A DNA stretch of 64,000 bases from NCBI GenBank assembly GCA_963771885.1, contig CAVYVF010000023.1, forward strand, positions 672,001-736,000, read 5' to 3'. Source of the DNA: Candidatus Bathyarchaeota archaeon (GTDB lineage Archaea > Thermoproteota > Bathyarchaeia > TCS64). The translations under genes were made by a program, and so were the position numbers. The notes below the pieces were generated by a model. It ran no database searches. It saw only the letters and a program-made list of their open reading frames with translations, and was not told the DNA's origin. Shown piece after piece: positions 1 to 10,139 of this stretch. Within the stretch, counting starts at the first letter, position 1, and each line of letters starts with the position of its first letter.

Positions 1-1
1 C

Positions 2-364
2 ATGCTACCGATAAGATTCGGCGTGGATCTCCGCCCCGAGCTCGGGCGTGTACTCGAGGCATCGTTTTCACTCGCAACAACCCCCGCCGTCCTCGACGAG
101 TTACGGCGGCTCAAAACGAACGTGAAGACGCGCGAGCTGAAGAACATCGAGTACGCGCTGACTATAGCGGAGGGAGTGGAGAAGATCGACGACGTCCTCT
201 GCCCCGGGGAGGATGTCGATGATCAACTAGTACGCCTCGCAGATATGGAGGGTGTAATAGTCGCGACGACGGACTCAGAGCTCCGCCGGAGAATCAGGCA
301 GAAGTACCGGCCGGTCGTGTTCATGAGGCAGAGGCGCTACCTCTCAATCGACGGCATAATCTAG
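2..364 (+). CDS. PIN-domain protein (Fcf1/Utp24-like), probably 5'-truncated by window edge
   Basis: V..EL, DVDD and VATTD.ELRRR motifs typical of archaeal Fcf1-like PIN nucleases. Confidence 0.8.
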   Translation: MLPIRFGVDLRPELGRVLEASFSLATTPAVLDELRRLKTNVKTRELKNIEYALTIAEGVEKIDDVLCPGEDVDDQLVRLADMEGVIVATTDSELRRRIRQKYRPVVFMRQRRYLSIDGII

Positions 365-394
365 TATTTCTGTTCTATGTAGACCATCTGGGTT

Positions 395-447
395 TTTATA
401 CAAAAAGCTGGTTATTCCTTGCGGTCTCAAGAGACCGAAATAGGAGG
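395..447 (+). promoter_or_regulatory. hppA promoter: TATA box, palindrome and SD
   Basis: TTTATA at 395-400; CGGTCTC-AA-GAGACCG at 422-437; AGGAGG at 442-447 before TTG 455. Confidence 0.55.
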
Positions 448-454
448 CTGAAGG

Positions 455-2512
455 TTGGCTTTCGAGAATGTTTGGTTGATAGCGCCCGCGGTGGCGATTT
501 TGTCAATATTCACAGGCATCTACATACTCCGGTGGGTAAAGTCTCAGGACCCCGGGAGTGAGAGGACCCGATTCATAGGTGGCGCCATCAAGCAAGGCAG
601 CCAGGCCTTCCTGAATCGTATGTATCGCACACTCGCTGTCTTCGTCGGCATCATGGCGGCCGTGCTATTTGTCTTCCTCCCCCACCCCATCTGGCTCACG
701 AGCACGCCGATGAGCAACGTATTGCTCGCGGCTGCATACATCTTCGGTTCAATTTGTTCTGGAGTTGCTGGCTTCATCGGGATGGACGTGGCCACTGACA
801 GCAACATGAGGAGCGCTACGGCGGCTCAGACGGGCATCTCCAAGGCGTTCCAGATCAGCTACCGCGGCGGAGCAGTCATGGGCCTCGCCGTCGTCGGCCT
901 CGCCCTCGCAGGCGTTAGCGTCGTCTACTTCATCACGAAGGATCCCACATTCATAGTTGGGTTCAGCTTCGGCGCGAGCGCTATGGCGCTCTTCGCCAAG
1001 GCGGGTGGAGGCATCTTCACTAAGACCGCCGACATCGCAGCAGACCTCGTCGGCAAGGTCGAGATGAACCTCGAGGAGGACGACCCCCGCAACCCCGCCG
1101 TCATAGCCGACAACGTCGGAGACAACGTCGGAGACTGCGCCGGCATGGGCGCCGACTTATTCGATAGCTACGTTGCCAGCCTCATGGCGGTCATGCTCCT
1201 CGGAGTCATACTTGGAGGCTACTACGTCGAGCTGCCCCTCGTCTTTGCCGGTATAGGTGTCCTCACATCAATCATCGGGGTCTTCCTCGTTAACGTAAAG
1301 GAGGGCCAGGAACCGGGACCAATACTCAACAACGGAACCTACACAGCGACAGCGATCTATCTCGCCCTGAGCGGCATCGCCACCTACCTGCTCGGATATG
1401 AGTGGAGGATCTGGGGAGCAGCCGCATGCGGCCTAATCGTAGGCGTAGTGATCGGGCTCACCACTGACTTCTTCACGAGCGGTGACAAGGGTCCAACGCA
1501 GAAGACCGCCGAGGCGAGCGCAACCGGTCCCGCCGTGACGATAATCACCGGGTTCAGCTATGGCCTCCTCAGCGTTTTGCCTCCGCTCGTAGGTATAGGC
1601 GTCGGCTCATGGCTCGCCTACTCCCTCTGTGAAGGCATAGGCCCCGGGTACGGTGTCTACGGCGTCGGAATCGCCGCTTTCGGTATGCTCAGCATCGTCG
1701 GCATGGTCATTGCGAGCGACAGCTTCGGCCCCATCGGCGACAACGCAAAAGGCATCGCCGAGATGAGCGGCATGAAAAGCGAGACCGTCGACATCCTCGA
1801 CAAGCTCGACGCAGCCGGTAACACGAGCAAAGCGATCACAAAGGGCTTCGCCATCGGCGCAGCCGGCTTGACCGTCATCAGCATACTCGCCGCCTACAAG
1901 GAAGTGGCAGACGCGCAGCTACACGGTAACCTTACGTTTGACCTGATGAACCCCGTCGTCATGGCGGGCGCATTCATAGGAGTCGCCATGCCTCCGGTCT
2001 TCAGCGCCCTTCTCATGCTCGGCGTCGGAAGGAACGCGCAGAGGATGATCGAGGAGGTCCGCCGCCAGTTCCGTGAGATACCCGGTCTACGCGAAGCCAA
2101 GCCCGGCGTCAACCCGGACTATGCCAAGTGTGTCGACATCGCCACGATCGGCGCGCTAAAGGAGCTCATGCCTGCGACGGTCCTCATTATCGTAGCCACG
2201 CTCGCTGTGGGCTTCGTATTTGGTATACAAGGCCTCGGTGGCTATCTCGCGGGCACCATCTTCAGCGGCCTCGTCTTCGCGCTACTAATGAGCAACGCGG
2301 GTGGCCTCTGGGACAACGCCAAGAAGTACATCGAGGCGGGCAACATGGGTGGCAAGCACAGCGAAGCCCATAAGGCAGCGGTTATAGGCGACACAGTTGG
2401 TGACCCCTTCAAGGACACCGCCGGCCCGAGCCTGAACACGATGGTGACCGTCATAGGGCTCGTAGCCAACATCTTCCTGCCTCTATTCCTCCTCTACGCC
2501 CTCATCCACTGA
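455..2512 (+). CDS. hppA: Membrane-bound ion-translocating pyrophosphatase, K+-independent type
   Basis: [40 protein letters not shown] and [14 protein letters not shown] motifs; GNTSKA (Lys); many TM helices. Confidence 0.97.
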   Translation: MAFENVWLIAPAVAILSIFTGIYILRWVKSQDPGSERTRFIGGAIKQGSQAFLNRMYRTLAVFVGIMAAVLFVFLPHPIWLTSTPMSNVLLAAAYIFGSICSGVAGFIGMDVATDSNMRSATAAQTGISKAFQISYRGGAVMGLAVVGLALAGVSVVYFITKDPTFIVGFSFGASAMALFAKAGGGIFTKTADIAADLVGKVEMNLEEDDPRNPAVIADNVGDNVGDCAGMGADLFDSYVASLMAVMLLGVILGGYYVELPLVFAGIGVLTSIIGVFLVNVKEGQEPGPILNNGTYTATAIYLALSGIATYLLGYEWRIWGAAACGLIVGVVIGLTTDFFTSGDKGPTQKTAEASATGPAVTIITGFSYGLLSVLPPLVGIGVGSWLAYSLCEGIGPGYGVYGVGIAAFGMLSIVGMVIASDSFGPIGDNAKGIAEMSGMKSETVDILDKLDAAGNTSKAITKGFAIGAAGLTVISILAAYKEVADAQLHGNLTFDLMNPVVMAGAFIGVAMPPVFSALLMLGVGRNAQRMIEEVRRQFREIPGLREAKPGVNPDYAKCVDIATIGALKELMPATVLIIVATLAVGFVFGIQGLGGYLAGTIFSGLVFALLMSNAGGLWDNAKKYIEAGNMGGKHSEAHKAAVIGDTVGDPFKDTAGPSLNTMVTVIGLVANIFLPLFLLYALIH

Positions 2513-2585
2513 GGCTAGAGGCGGATCCCATTACATTTATTAGACCGTACCCGCTTTCTACGTCTTCGCATAGGAGAATCCGTCA

Positions 2586-3038
2586 ATGTACCGGCACCTC
2601 GAAGAGGCTTGGAAACGTCCGGCGAAGAGCTACGTGCAGGATCTCATGCGCCAGCGCGTCATCGCTTGGAGGCGGCAGCCCGCCGTCAACCGGGTCGAGA
2701 AGCCGACGCGTCTAGACCGCGCCCACAGGCTTGGCTACAAGGCCAAGAAGGGCATAGTGGTGGTTCGCGTACGCGTCCGCCGCGGTGGCGCCCACAAGCT
2801 CAGAGCCATACTCGGCCGCAGGCCGAAGAAGATGGGTGTGACAAAGTACACCCCCGCGAAGAGCATACAACTCATAGCAGAGCAGCGAGCTTCGAAAAAG
2901 TTCATCAACCTTGAGGTCCTGAACAGCTACTGGGTCTGGCAGGATGGTGTGAATAAGTGGTACGAGGTCATTATGGTTGACCCTGCGAGCCCCCACATCA
3001 AGGCCGACAAGAACCTGAACTGGGTCTGCAGAAAGTAG
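2586..3038 (+). CDS. rpl15e: 50S ribosomal protein L15e (short form)
   Basis: PTRLDRA..LGYKAK.G and [22 protein letters not shown]. Confidence 0.96.
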   Translation: MYRHLEEAWKRPAKSYVQDLMRQRVIAWRRQPAVNRVEKPTRLDRAHRLGYKAKKGIVVVRVRVRRGGAHKLRAILGRRPKKMGVTKYTPAKSIQLIAEQRASKKFINLEVLNSYWVWQDGVNKWYEVIMVDPASPHIKADKNLNWVCRK

Positions 3039-3047
3039 GCCAATTCT

Positions 3048-3065
3048 GGGGTTTTTTATAACCCC
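3048..3065 (+). terminator. T-tract with inverted repeat after rpl15e
   Basis: GGGGTT-TTTTAT-AACCCC 10 nt after the stop codon. Confidence 0.4.
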
Positions 3066-3372
3066 TAAATTAATAGATACAAGCTTGAAACAGGTTGTTT
3101 TGAGTCTATCACATAATCATTAAGGATGTATAATTTAGCTAAATTCAGTAATTCCTACGAATAGGGGATTAATATATTTCTACCAAAAGGAACTGTTTCG
3201 AGTATTTCTTGTATAAACTACATATTATTCTATAAAAATAACTAATTTCAATGATGATCCTTAGAGTTGAATGATTTAGCGGGACTCATCATGGACGACT
3301 CCTAAGATTGGTGTTTTCGATTTACAACTAAAAAATATACTTTCTGCAATTTTATCTGAATTCACACGCACT

Positions 3373-4101
3373 TCAGTTGTAATCCTGCTTGGCGTAGTTA
3401 CCTTTAATGGGCTTCTTACCGAGGAGCATGACGTTGAAGTCATTCTTCATTATCATCCACGTATACCTAGCGATACCGAGCTTCTGGATGCGACGGATGC
3501 TGTAGTCGACCTGGATGCGGTCGTCCATGGCCATTCTGCCATGTGCGCTGAGCCTCTTGGCTATCTCGACATCGTCGCTGTAGGCGAGGTCGCTGTAGCC
3601 CTTTACCTGTAGGAAGGCTTCGCGGCGGAACGCTGTGTTGGCGCCGCAGAGGTGGTGGTAGCCCATTTTGGATCCCGTCCAGCGGAGCCCGTTCGCCACC
3701 CAGAAGGCGCCCTTGTATGCCCCCGCCTCGAGGGCGTGCATCTCCTTCGGTATCATGGGGTCTAGGTAGCCGGTGACGGCGACAACGCGATCGTCGCTGA
3801 AATCCTCGCGTATGACCTCAAGCCAATTCTCGTCAGGTAGGCAATCAGCGTCAGTTGTGGCTATGATCTCGCCCCGGGCAGCCATCGCGCCGTCGTTACG
3901 TGCGCCTCCAACACCGTGGCTCACCTGCTGGATTACCATATCGGCGTACTTCGCCGCTATTTCGGTGGTCTTATCCTTACTGTTGCCATCGACGACGATG
4001 ATCTCATAGGTGTTCCGGGGGATGCTCTGCTTAGTGAGCGCTTCTAGGCAGAGCTCTATGTTCTTTTCCTCATTGTACGTTGGGACTACTACCGAGATCA
4101 T
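3373..4101 (-). CDS. Glycosyltransferase family 2
   Basis: ISVVVPTYNEE, VVDGNSKD and TDAD; likely start ATG 4101 overlaps the upstream stop (ATGA). Confidence 0.92.
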   Translation of the reverse strand: MISVVVPTYNEEKNIELCLEALTKQSIPRNTYEIIVVDGNSKDKTTEIAAKYADMVIQQVSHGVGGARNDGAMAARGEIIATTDADCLPDENWLEVIREDFSDDRVVAVTGYLDPMIPKEMHALEAGAYKGAFWVANGLRWTGSKMGYHHLCGANTAFRREAFLQVKGYSDLAYSDDVEIAKRLSAHGRMAMDDRIQVDYSIRRIQKLGIARYTWMIMKNDFNVMLLGKKPIKGNYAKQDYN

Positions 4102-5387
4102 TTCTTCGCCAGCTCCTCCGCGGCCTTCTTCCCGGAGAGTATAGACTTGTCCATGTTGAGGTACTCCCACTCGCCGAAGCGCCCTATGGGTGTTACCCTG
4201 AGGGCTTTAAGGTACGCTTGGATGAGATTAACGTTACGACGGTGGTTTAAGTCGTAGATTACGTAGGCGTACTTGAAGTCGAGGTCGTCAAAGACCTCAA
4301 ACTTGTCCTTCTCGTGGAGGATGTCTGCGTCGACGAGGCCTTCCCTGACCCTCTCCTTGGTCTCCTTCACCTCTGGCTTGCTGCCCCTGTAGGTAACCTC
4401 TACGACGATGCTACTTTTACCCCTCGGCACGGTCTCGGGGGAGAGGTTCATCGGGAAGCTGATCCTGTTGAATGGATATTTCTGCTCGGGGAAGTAGAGC
4501 CAGTGTTTGTCGCTGATTGCCTCCCTGTCGACGCCGATGTTGAAGCAGGCGAGGCTGTTATAGATGAGCGCCTCGGATGCCTTGATGACGTCCTCGGGGG
4601 CTGTCTTGATCATCTTGACAAGCTCTGGGAGAGGTACTGATGAGAACACCCTGTCGACCTCCTGCCGTTTCAACTCCCCCTTTTGGGTGTAGGTCACTTC
4701 GAGTCGTTTACCTTTCTGGCTTATCTCGGATACGTTTGATTCGAGTGTAATGTTACCGACCCTCTTGGCAAGGGCGTTTGGTATTGCACCAATGCCCCCG
4801 ACTCGGGGGTAGAGGAAGTAGGCATTTGGGCCGTATTCCCTCTCTACCTTGCCCTGGGCCCCCTTAACCATCTCCTCGATGCTCGGGGCGGGAACTCTAC
4901 CGGCGACCCACTCTGGGCTCATCTTCTCAAGCGGGTACTTCCATATCTTCTCGTTGTAGGGCACCATGTAGTGCTTAGCGACGCCCTCGCCCATCGTTGT
5001 GCGTATCCAGTCCAGGAAGTTGATAGGCTCCAGCTCAGGCCTGTGACGTGCGCCCTCTATACACTCGTCTATAACGTCTTGTGGGAGCCCATGGAGGTTG
5101 ACCTCGAAAGGGTACTCGACGTATATGCCTCTAATATAGATGTAGGCTCGTCGTCTCTGTCTGATCAGATCGCCGCTGAGAAGCCCATCTACGAGGCTGT
5201 TGACGTACTGGCTTCCAGAGAAGAAGATATGTGGTGCGAGGTCGAACGTGTAGCCCTTCGCCTTGATGCTTCTGCTGAGGCCGCCGACCTCGCCGTCGCG
5301 TTCGAGGACAATGTAGTCTTTACCGAGGTGGTAGGCTGCGCTCAGACCGGAGAGGCCAGCTCCGATTATTATATTCATTAAATTCAA
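4098..5387 (-). CDS. FAD-dependent oxidoreductase (HemY/UDP-galactopyranose mutase-like)
   Basis: GAGLSGL dinucleotide motif, GGLSRS, PYNEKIW and C-terminal GRFGEWEYLNMD. Confidence 0.8.
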   Translation of the reverse strand: MNLMNIIIGAGLSGLSAAYHLGKDYIVLERDGEVGGLSRSIKAKGYTFDLAPHIFFSGSQYVNSLVDGLLSGDLIRQRRRAYIYIRGIYVEYPFEVNLHGLPQDVIDECIEGARHRPELEPINFLDWIRTTMGEGVAKHYMVPYNEKIWKYPLEKMSPEWVAGRVPAPSIEEMVKGAQGKVEREYGPNAYFLYPRVGGIGAIPNALAKRVGNITLESNVSEISQKGKRLEVTYTQKGELKRQEVDRVFSSVPLPELVKMIKTAPEDVIKASEALIYNSLACFNIGVDREAISDKHWLYFPEQKYPFNRISFPMNLSPETVPRGKSSIVVEVTYRGSKPEVKETKERVREGLVDADILHEKDKFEVFDDLDFKYAYVIYDLNHRRNVNLIQAYLKALRVTPIGRFGEWEYLNMDKSILSGKKAAEELAKK

Positions 5388-5442
5388 CTCGCTTGGAGTT
5401 GCTTAGTGGTTGTGTGAGCGCCCTTTAAACCCTGCGTGGAGG

Positions 5443-6378
5443 TCAGCCGAGAGCCTTGATGAGCTTCTCTGCGACGATCGTGCTATTGCCCAACTGCGCC
5501 TCTTTGGACTCGGCACCTATGTGGGGGGTGCAGATGACGTTCTCCATCTTGACGAGGTCCATGTTCTTCGTGGGCTCCTCTTCGTAGACATCGAGGGCGG
5601 CGCCAGCGAGGTGGCCCGTCTTCAGAGCGTCGACAAGCGCCTTCTCCTCTATGATTCCTCCGCGGGCGGCGTTGATAATATATGAGCCCTTTTTCATCTT
5701 CTCGATGGTAGGGGCGTTGAACATATGCTTCGTCTGTGGGAGTAGTGGGACATGGATTGTGACAAAGTCTGACTCAGCGAGCAGCTTGTCGAGCGGCACA
5801 GACTCGGCCCCAACCTCGTTTACGAAGTTCATCATCTTATCGATCATGACGTCGAAGCAGAGGACGCGCATGCCGAGGGCCTTCGTCTTCTTGCCGACGA
5901 GGTAGCCGATACGGCCGAAACCGACGATTCCCATCGTCTTGCCACTGAGTTCAAAGCCTGTGAGCTTGTTCTTAGCCCACTCGCCTCTCTTCATTGAGGC
6001 GTCACCTCTGGCGATATTGCGGCTAAGGCTGAGCATGTAGCCGAGGACCAGCTCGGCGACGGCGTTGCTCGGCGCCTCAGCGCTGTTTACTACCTGTATG
6101 CCGAGCACCTTGGCTGTCTCGGTGTCGACATTATCGAGGCCAACGCCGCTGCGTGCTACTATCTTGAGCTTGGGCTTACCCGCCTGGAGAACCTCCTTGG
6201 TGACTTTGGTGCGGCTCCTTACGACGAGTGCATCGTAGGCTCCTGCGACCTTAACAAGGTCGGGGGCGGTTATCTCGGTCTTGAGGTCGACCTGATAGTC
6301 GGCTTCCTTGAGCAACTTGACCCCCACATCGTCGATGGGGTCGCAGACCAGAACTTTAACGTCCTTCATGGCATTCAC
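5443..6378 (-). CDS. serA: D-3-phosphoglycerate dehydrogenase-like D-2-hydroxyacid dehydrogenase (no ACT domain)
   Basis: RSGVGLDNVD, GFGRIG, INAARGG, ALDVYEEEP, TPHIGA. Confidence 0.8.
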   Translation of the reverse strand: MNAMKDVKVLVCDPIDDVGVKLLKEADYQVDLKTEITAPDLVKVAGAYDALVVRSRTKVTKEVLQAGKPKLKIVARSGVGLDNVDTETAKVLGIQVVNSAEAPSNAVAELVLGYMLSLSRNIARGDASMKRGEWAKNKLTGFELSGKTMGIVGFGRIGYLVGKKTKALGMRVLCFDVMIDKMMNFVNEVGAESVPLDKLLAESDFVTIHVPLLPQTKHMFNAPTIEKMKKGSYIINAARGGIIEEKALVDALKTGHLAGAALDVYEEEPTKNMDLVKMENVICTPHIGAESKEAQLGNSTIVAEKLIKALG

Positions 6379-7583
6379 CCTTTCTTCGCGGCTACGATCT
6401 GTATAACGTCTCTGTCCTTGAGTACTTGAGCTTCTCCAAGGCGGCGCTTTGTGCGTGCATCAACGGCGAATAGGAAACTCTTGGCGAGGTCGGTGTGGAC
6501 GACGCCCGCGAACTGGCGCGCCGTTGTGCCCCGTGGGACGAGGAAGCAGTCCGGGAGAACCCTACCCTTACCATCCATGAGCTTCTCGGCGTCCTCGACT
6601 GGGTAGACCACAATCATGTCGAGGAGCCCGAAGAAGGCTTCGTTTATCGCCTCCTGGAGCCCAGTGCCGCCCCACGCCTTGAAGACCTTCTCCCTGATAC
6701 TCTCCAGCCCCTTGATCTGGCTGGGGTTGAGCTTCTCGGGGTGGAGTATCGTGAAGTCCTTGTCGCCAGGCGTGTATTTAATGAGCCCTGCCTCGGAGGC
6801 CCGGCGGAGCGCCAGCTCGGCCTCGGCGCAGGTTGGGACGACCTTATAGCCCGCTGCCCGTATGCGCTCGATGTTCGCCTTGGCTGGCTCCTTATCCGCC
6901 TTGTTAGCGGCGACGATGAGGGGCTTTGACGCCTTGCGGAGCTCGGTGGAGAACCTCGACCTGTCCTCCCGTGTCCATTGGGCCCCCTTGAATGGGTTGA
7001 GCTTCGCCTTCTCGCAGGCAGCCTGTATATGATTGCGTGTAATACCTAGCCCGCTGAGCTTCTCGTCTATGTGCTTCCATATCTCCTCATGCTTCATCTC
7101 GGCGGTGCGGGCTGGGCGCTCCCAGTCCTTACTGACTATGGCGTTGATCCAGGCGTCGAACTCCTCCTCGAAGAGGCGTATATCGTCGATAGGGTCATGT
7201 GTGCCCGGGGGGCAGCTCTGCCCGCCCTCGTCTGTGCAGCCGGCGGCGTCGCAGACCACAATGAGGGCGTCGGCCCTTCGGACCTCGTCTAGGAACTGGT
7301 TTCCCAGACCCTTTCCCTCGTGGGCGCCTCGGATTAAGCCAGGGGTGTCGATGAGGTCAATCGGGACGAGGCGGGTTCCGTCGACGCAAGCGCTGTTGTT
7401 CGGCTGGTCCTGTACGTTGAACTCGGCGTGGACACAGGGTGTGCGGAGGTAACCAACTCCCCTGTTCGCCTTGATCGTTGTGAATGGGAAGTTGGCTATC
7501 TCGACGGGTTTGAGTGTAGCGGCGGCGAAGAACGTGCTCTTGCCGACGTTTGCCTTGCCTACGAGTCCTACGAGGGGCGGCAT
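6375..7583 (-). CDS. Obg-family translation-associated GTPase (YchF/Ygr210-like) with TGS domain
   Basis: GKANVGKST, FPFTT, DTPGL, GKGLGNQFL, NKAD; C-terminal TGS. Confidence 0.92.
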   Translation of the reverse strand: MPPLVGLVGKANVGKSTFFAAATLKPVEIANFPFTTIKANRGVGYLRTPCVHAEFNVQDQPNNSACVDGTRLVPIDLIDTPGLIRGAHEGKGLGNQFLDEVRRADALIVVCDAAGCTDEGGQSCPPGTHDPIDDIRLFEEEFDAWINAIVSKDWERPARTAEMKHEEIWKHIDEKLSGLGITRNHIQAACEKAKLNPFKGAQWTREDRSRFSTELRKASKPLIVAANKADKEPAKANIERIRAAGYKVVPTCAEAELALRRASEAGLIKYTPGDKDFTILHPEKLNPSQIKGLESIREKVFKAWGGTGLQEAINEAFFGLLDMIVVYPVEDAEKLMDGKGRVLPDCFLVPRGTTARQFAGVVHTDLAKSFLFAVDARTKRRLGEAQVLKDRDVIQIVAAKKG

Positions 7584-7715
7584 ATGTACCGGGCTATCCT
7601 TCGTGTGTGGCTCTAAAACCCTTTTCGGCTCAACTTATGCTATAATGCTTATCATAACTGAGTTTTTTTCTCAGGAGCTATTAGCTGCATCCTTGGGTTG
7701 GGTGCCCTGTGCGCT

Positions 7716-8024
7716 CTAATCGATCTTCAGGATGCCTTTCTGCTTTAGCTCCTCGACCTGCCCCTGAGTGTAGCGCCAGAATATCTCTCCACGCTCCTCG
7801 CTCTGAAAGTCCCATGGGCTGACGAGGACTATGTCTCCCTCGCGTATCCACGTGCGGCGCTTCATCTTGCCCCTGATGCGGCAGACGCGCACGAATCCGT
7901 CTTGGCACTTGACGCTCACCCTGTCGAAGCCGAGCATCTTCTGGGCGATACCTAGGACGTCGTTCTTCGAGGGGTAGACCATCGTGTGCAGGCTCTTCTC
8001 GCTGAGCACCTTCTTTTTACCCAA
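7716..8024 (-). CDS. eif1a: Translation initiation factor aIF-1A
   Basis: RVCRIRGKMKRRTWIREGDIVLVSPWDFQ. Confidence 0.96.
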   Translation of the reverse strand: MGKKKVLSEKSLHTMVYPSKNDVLGIAQKMLGFDRVSVKCQDGFVRVCRIRGKMKRRTWIREGDIVLVSPWDFQSEERGEIFWRYTQGQVEELKQKGILKID

Positions 8025-8121
8025 ATACCTACCTTCTGTCTCTTTCCACGCGGCGCCGCTTAAAAAGTGGACTGTTAAAAGGAGGGTACAACAATGATTT
8101 TCCCCCCTCTAAGCGAGGGCG

Positions 8122-8454
8122 TCAAAACCTAATAGTGGCGGTGAGATCCCTCTTCAGCTTCACTTTTTCGTTCTGTAGGCTGTCTATCATGTCGACGTTG
8201 CATTTCATTTTCGCCTTGTACTTGTTAATGCAGTCGTCAACGTCGGAGCTGTTCTTTCTCATCTCGATAGTGCGAGTAAGGTCGTCGGGAGAATTCACGA
8301 CGATTATGCCACCGCCTCCGCCGGCGCGGGCGGTCTCCAGAGCCTTGAGTCCCCTCTTCATTGTCAGGTACTCCTGGCTGTGCTCTATGTCCTTAATGTC
8401 CTCCTCAATCTTGAGGAGCCTGAGGAGGGTTGCCTGCCGATCGGAGAAGGACAT
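8122..8454 (-). CDS. Hypothetical coiled-coil protein
   Basis: 110-aa ORF with host-like codons and an upstream TATA-like AT tract; no family recognised. Confidence 0.6.
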   Translation of the reverse strand: MSFSDRQATLLRLLKIEEDIKDIEHSQEYLTMKRGLKALETARAGGGGGIIVVNSPDDLTRTIEMRKNSSDVDDCINKYKAKMKCNVDMIDSLQNEKVKLKRDLTATIRF

Positions 8455-8508
8455 CGGGGTATAATGGGTATCCGGCGCTTATATTTCTTTTAAACCCGGC
8501 TAGGTGCC

Positions 8509-8841
8509 TTATTTCTCGTAGAATCCGGGTCCCTTGTGGGGTCCAAAGCTCCTGAGCCCGTTCTGCTTGAGCTGCCCCCGAAGCGCGTTCGCCTCGGCCT
8601 TAGTGATGTCGCCCTTCTTCTCGAGAAAGTTTATAATTTCCTCGGCCTCCTTTGGCTTCCTACATCTCCTTATGAAGTCGACGGCACCGGGGGTGAATCC
8701 CGTGTACTTGCGGTCCTCGGCGTAGCCGGGTTCGGTGGAGGGCGGCAGCTCGGTCGCCGCTTCTAGGTCGACCTTTGAGGTTCCCGTCTCCATCTCCTCG
8801 GCTATGTGTGGGAAGAGCCTCTTGAAGTCCTTCTTCTCCAT
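8509..8841 (-). CDS. DUF2095-like conserved archaeal protein
   Basis: FKRLFPHIAEE, P.AVDFIRRC, EA.EIINFLEKKG.I, GLRSFG..K.PGFY. Confidence 0.8.
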   Translation of the reverse strand: MEKKDFKRLFPHIAEEMETGTSKVDLEAATELPPSTEPGYAEDRKYTGFTPGAVDFIRRCRKPKEAEEIINFLEKKGDITKAEANALRGQLKQNGLRSFGPHKGPGFYEK

Positions 8842-8869
8842 CGGTGGAAGACGCTGTGGAGCCTGAATA

Positions 8870-10139
8870 TTAACCTGACTTCTGCTTCTTCTGAGCGCCG
8901 GATTGGGTTAGGAGGACGCCCTCGGGGACGTCCTTATCGACGGTAACCCCCGGAGCTATCCATGCTCCGGCGCCTACCTTGACGCCGGGGTAGAGGCTGA
9001 CGTTAACACCAGTTTGGCAGTCGTCGCCGAAGACAGCGCCGAGCTTCCTGTGTCCTGTGTCGACGCGTTTGTCCTTAACAGTCATCTTAACGTTCTTGTG
9101 GTCGAAGCGGAGGTTGGCGGTTATTGTGCCGGCGCCGAGGTTGCAGCGCTCGCCGATGATGGAGTCACCGATGTAGCTGAGGTGGGGGACGGCCGCCTTC
9201 TCCATGAATATGGTGTTCTTTACCTCGCAGCTCGCGCCGACGCGGTTGCTGCCTACGAGTGTCGTGCCGGCCCGAATGTAGTTGTTGGGGCCGACGTCGC
9301 AGTCGGGACCGATGTATACGGGTCCCTCTATGTAGACGCCACTGCGAATGCGGGCGCTGGGCGCCACGTAAACTGGTCCAGTTAGGTGTGCGCCGTCTTC
9401 GACTGTGCCCTCGATGCGGGGTTCCATTCGTGCGAGGGCGCGTGTGTTAGCCTCGAGAATGTGCCATGGGTGGCCGATATCAAGCCAATCCTCCTCTCCG
9501 AGCATGTGGACGCGTGCCGTAACCCCCGATGATATGAGACGGTTCACCGAGTCGGTTACCTCGATCTCACCCCGCGGGCTGAGATTCGTCGCCTTGATGG
9601 CGTCGAATACGCTGGGAGGGAAGACGTAGATGCCGGCATTTGTGACGTTACTCGGCGCCGTGCCTGGCGCAGGCTTCTCAACTATGCCCTGCACCCTGTC
9701 TCCCTGCAGCCTAAGGGCGCCATAGAGGTAGGGGTCACGCTCCAGCCCCGTAACGGTGAGCTCTCCTTTCCCATGTGCCTTGACGACCTCCTTTAGTATG
9801 CCGGGGCTGAGGTATAGGTCGCCATTCATGCCGAGAAAGTCCTCCTTCCCGGCGAACTTCTCGGCGTACCTGAAGGCGTCGCCTGTGCCCCTCATCTCCT
9901 CCTGCCGAGTATAGTGCAGCTTGACGCCGAGTTCTTCGCCGTCGCCGAATCTGGACTTGATCTGTCTCTTCCATATAGTTGGTGATTAGGAGTACATCCT
10001 TGATGCCTGAATCGACTACCCCCCTGAGGAGCCATTCCAGCTGGGGCTTACCCCCTATGGGTATGAGTTGCTTCGGTTTCGTGGATGTTAGTGGCCTGAG
10101 CCTCTCGGCCTTGCCCGCGGCTATGATAACTGCCTTCAC
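8870..10139 (-). CDS. glmU: Bifunctional sugar-1-phosphate nucleotidyltransferase/acetyltransferase; frameshifted near 9966
   Basis: N-half MKAVIIAAG..RLRPLT..KPK and C-half GTGDA, EKP and hexapeptide repeats lie in different frames; removing one base in GAG-A-CAG gives MEEQIKSRFGDGEELGVKLHY. Confidence 0.88.

Noticed and set aside
3250..3360. C/D box sRNA (ATGATGA at 3251, CTGA near 3356)
   Set aside because: Spacing of about 105 nt is longer than typical archaeal guides, there are no clear C'/D' boxes, and such motifs arise easily in AT-rich DNA
3039..3372. Replication origin
   Set aside because: No ORB-like repeats or G-strings seen, and no cdc6/orc1 gene nearby
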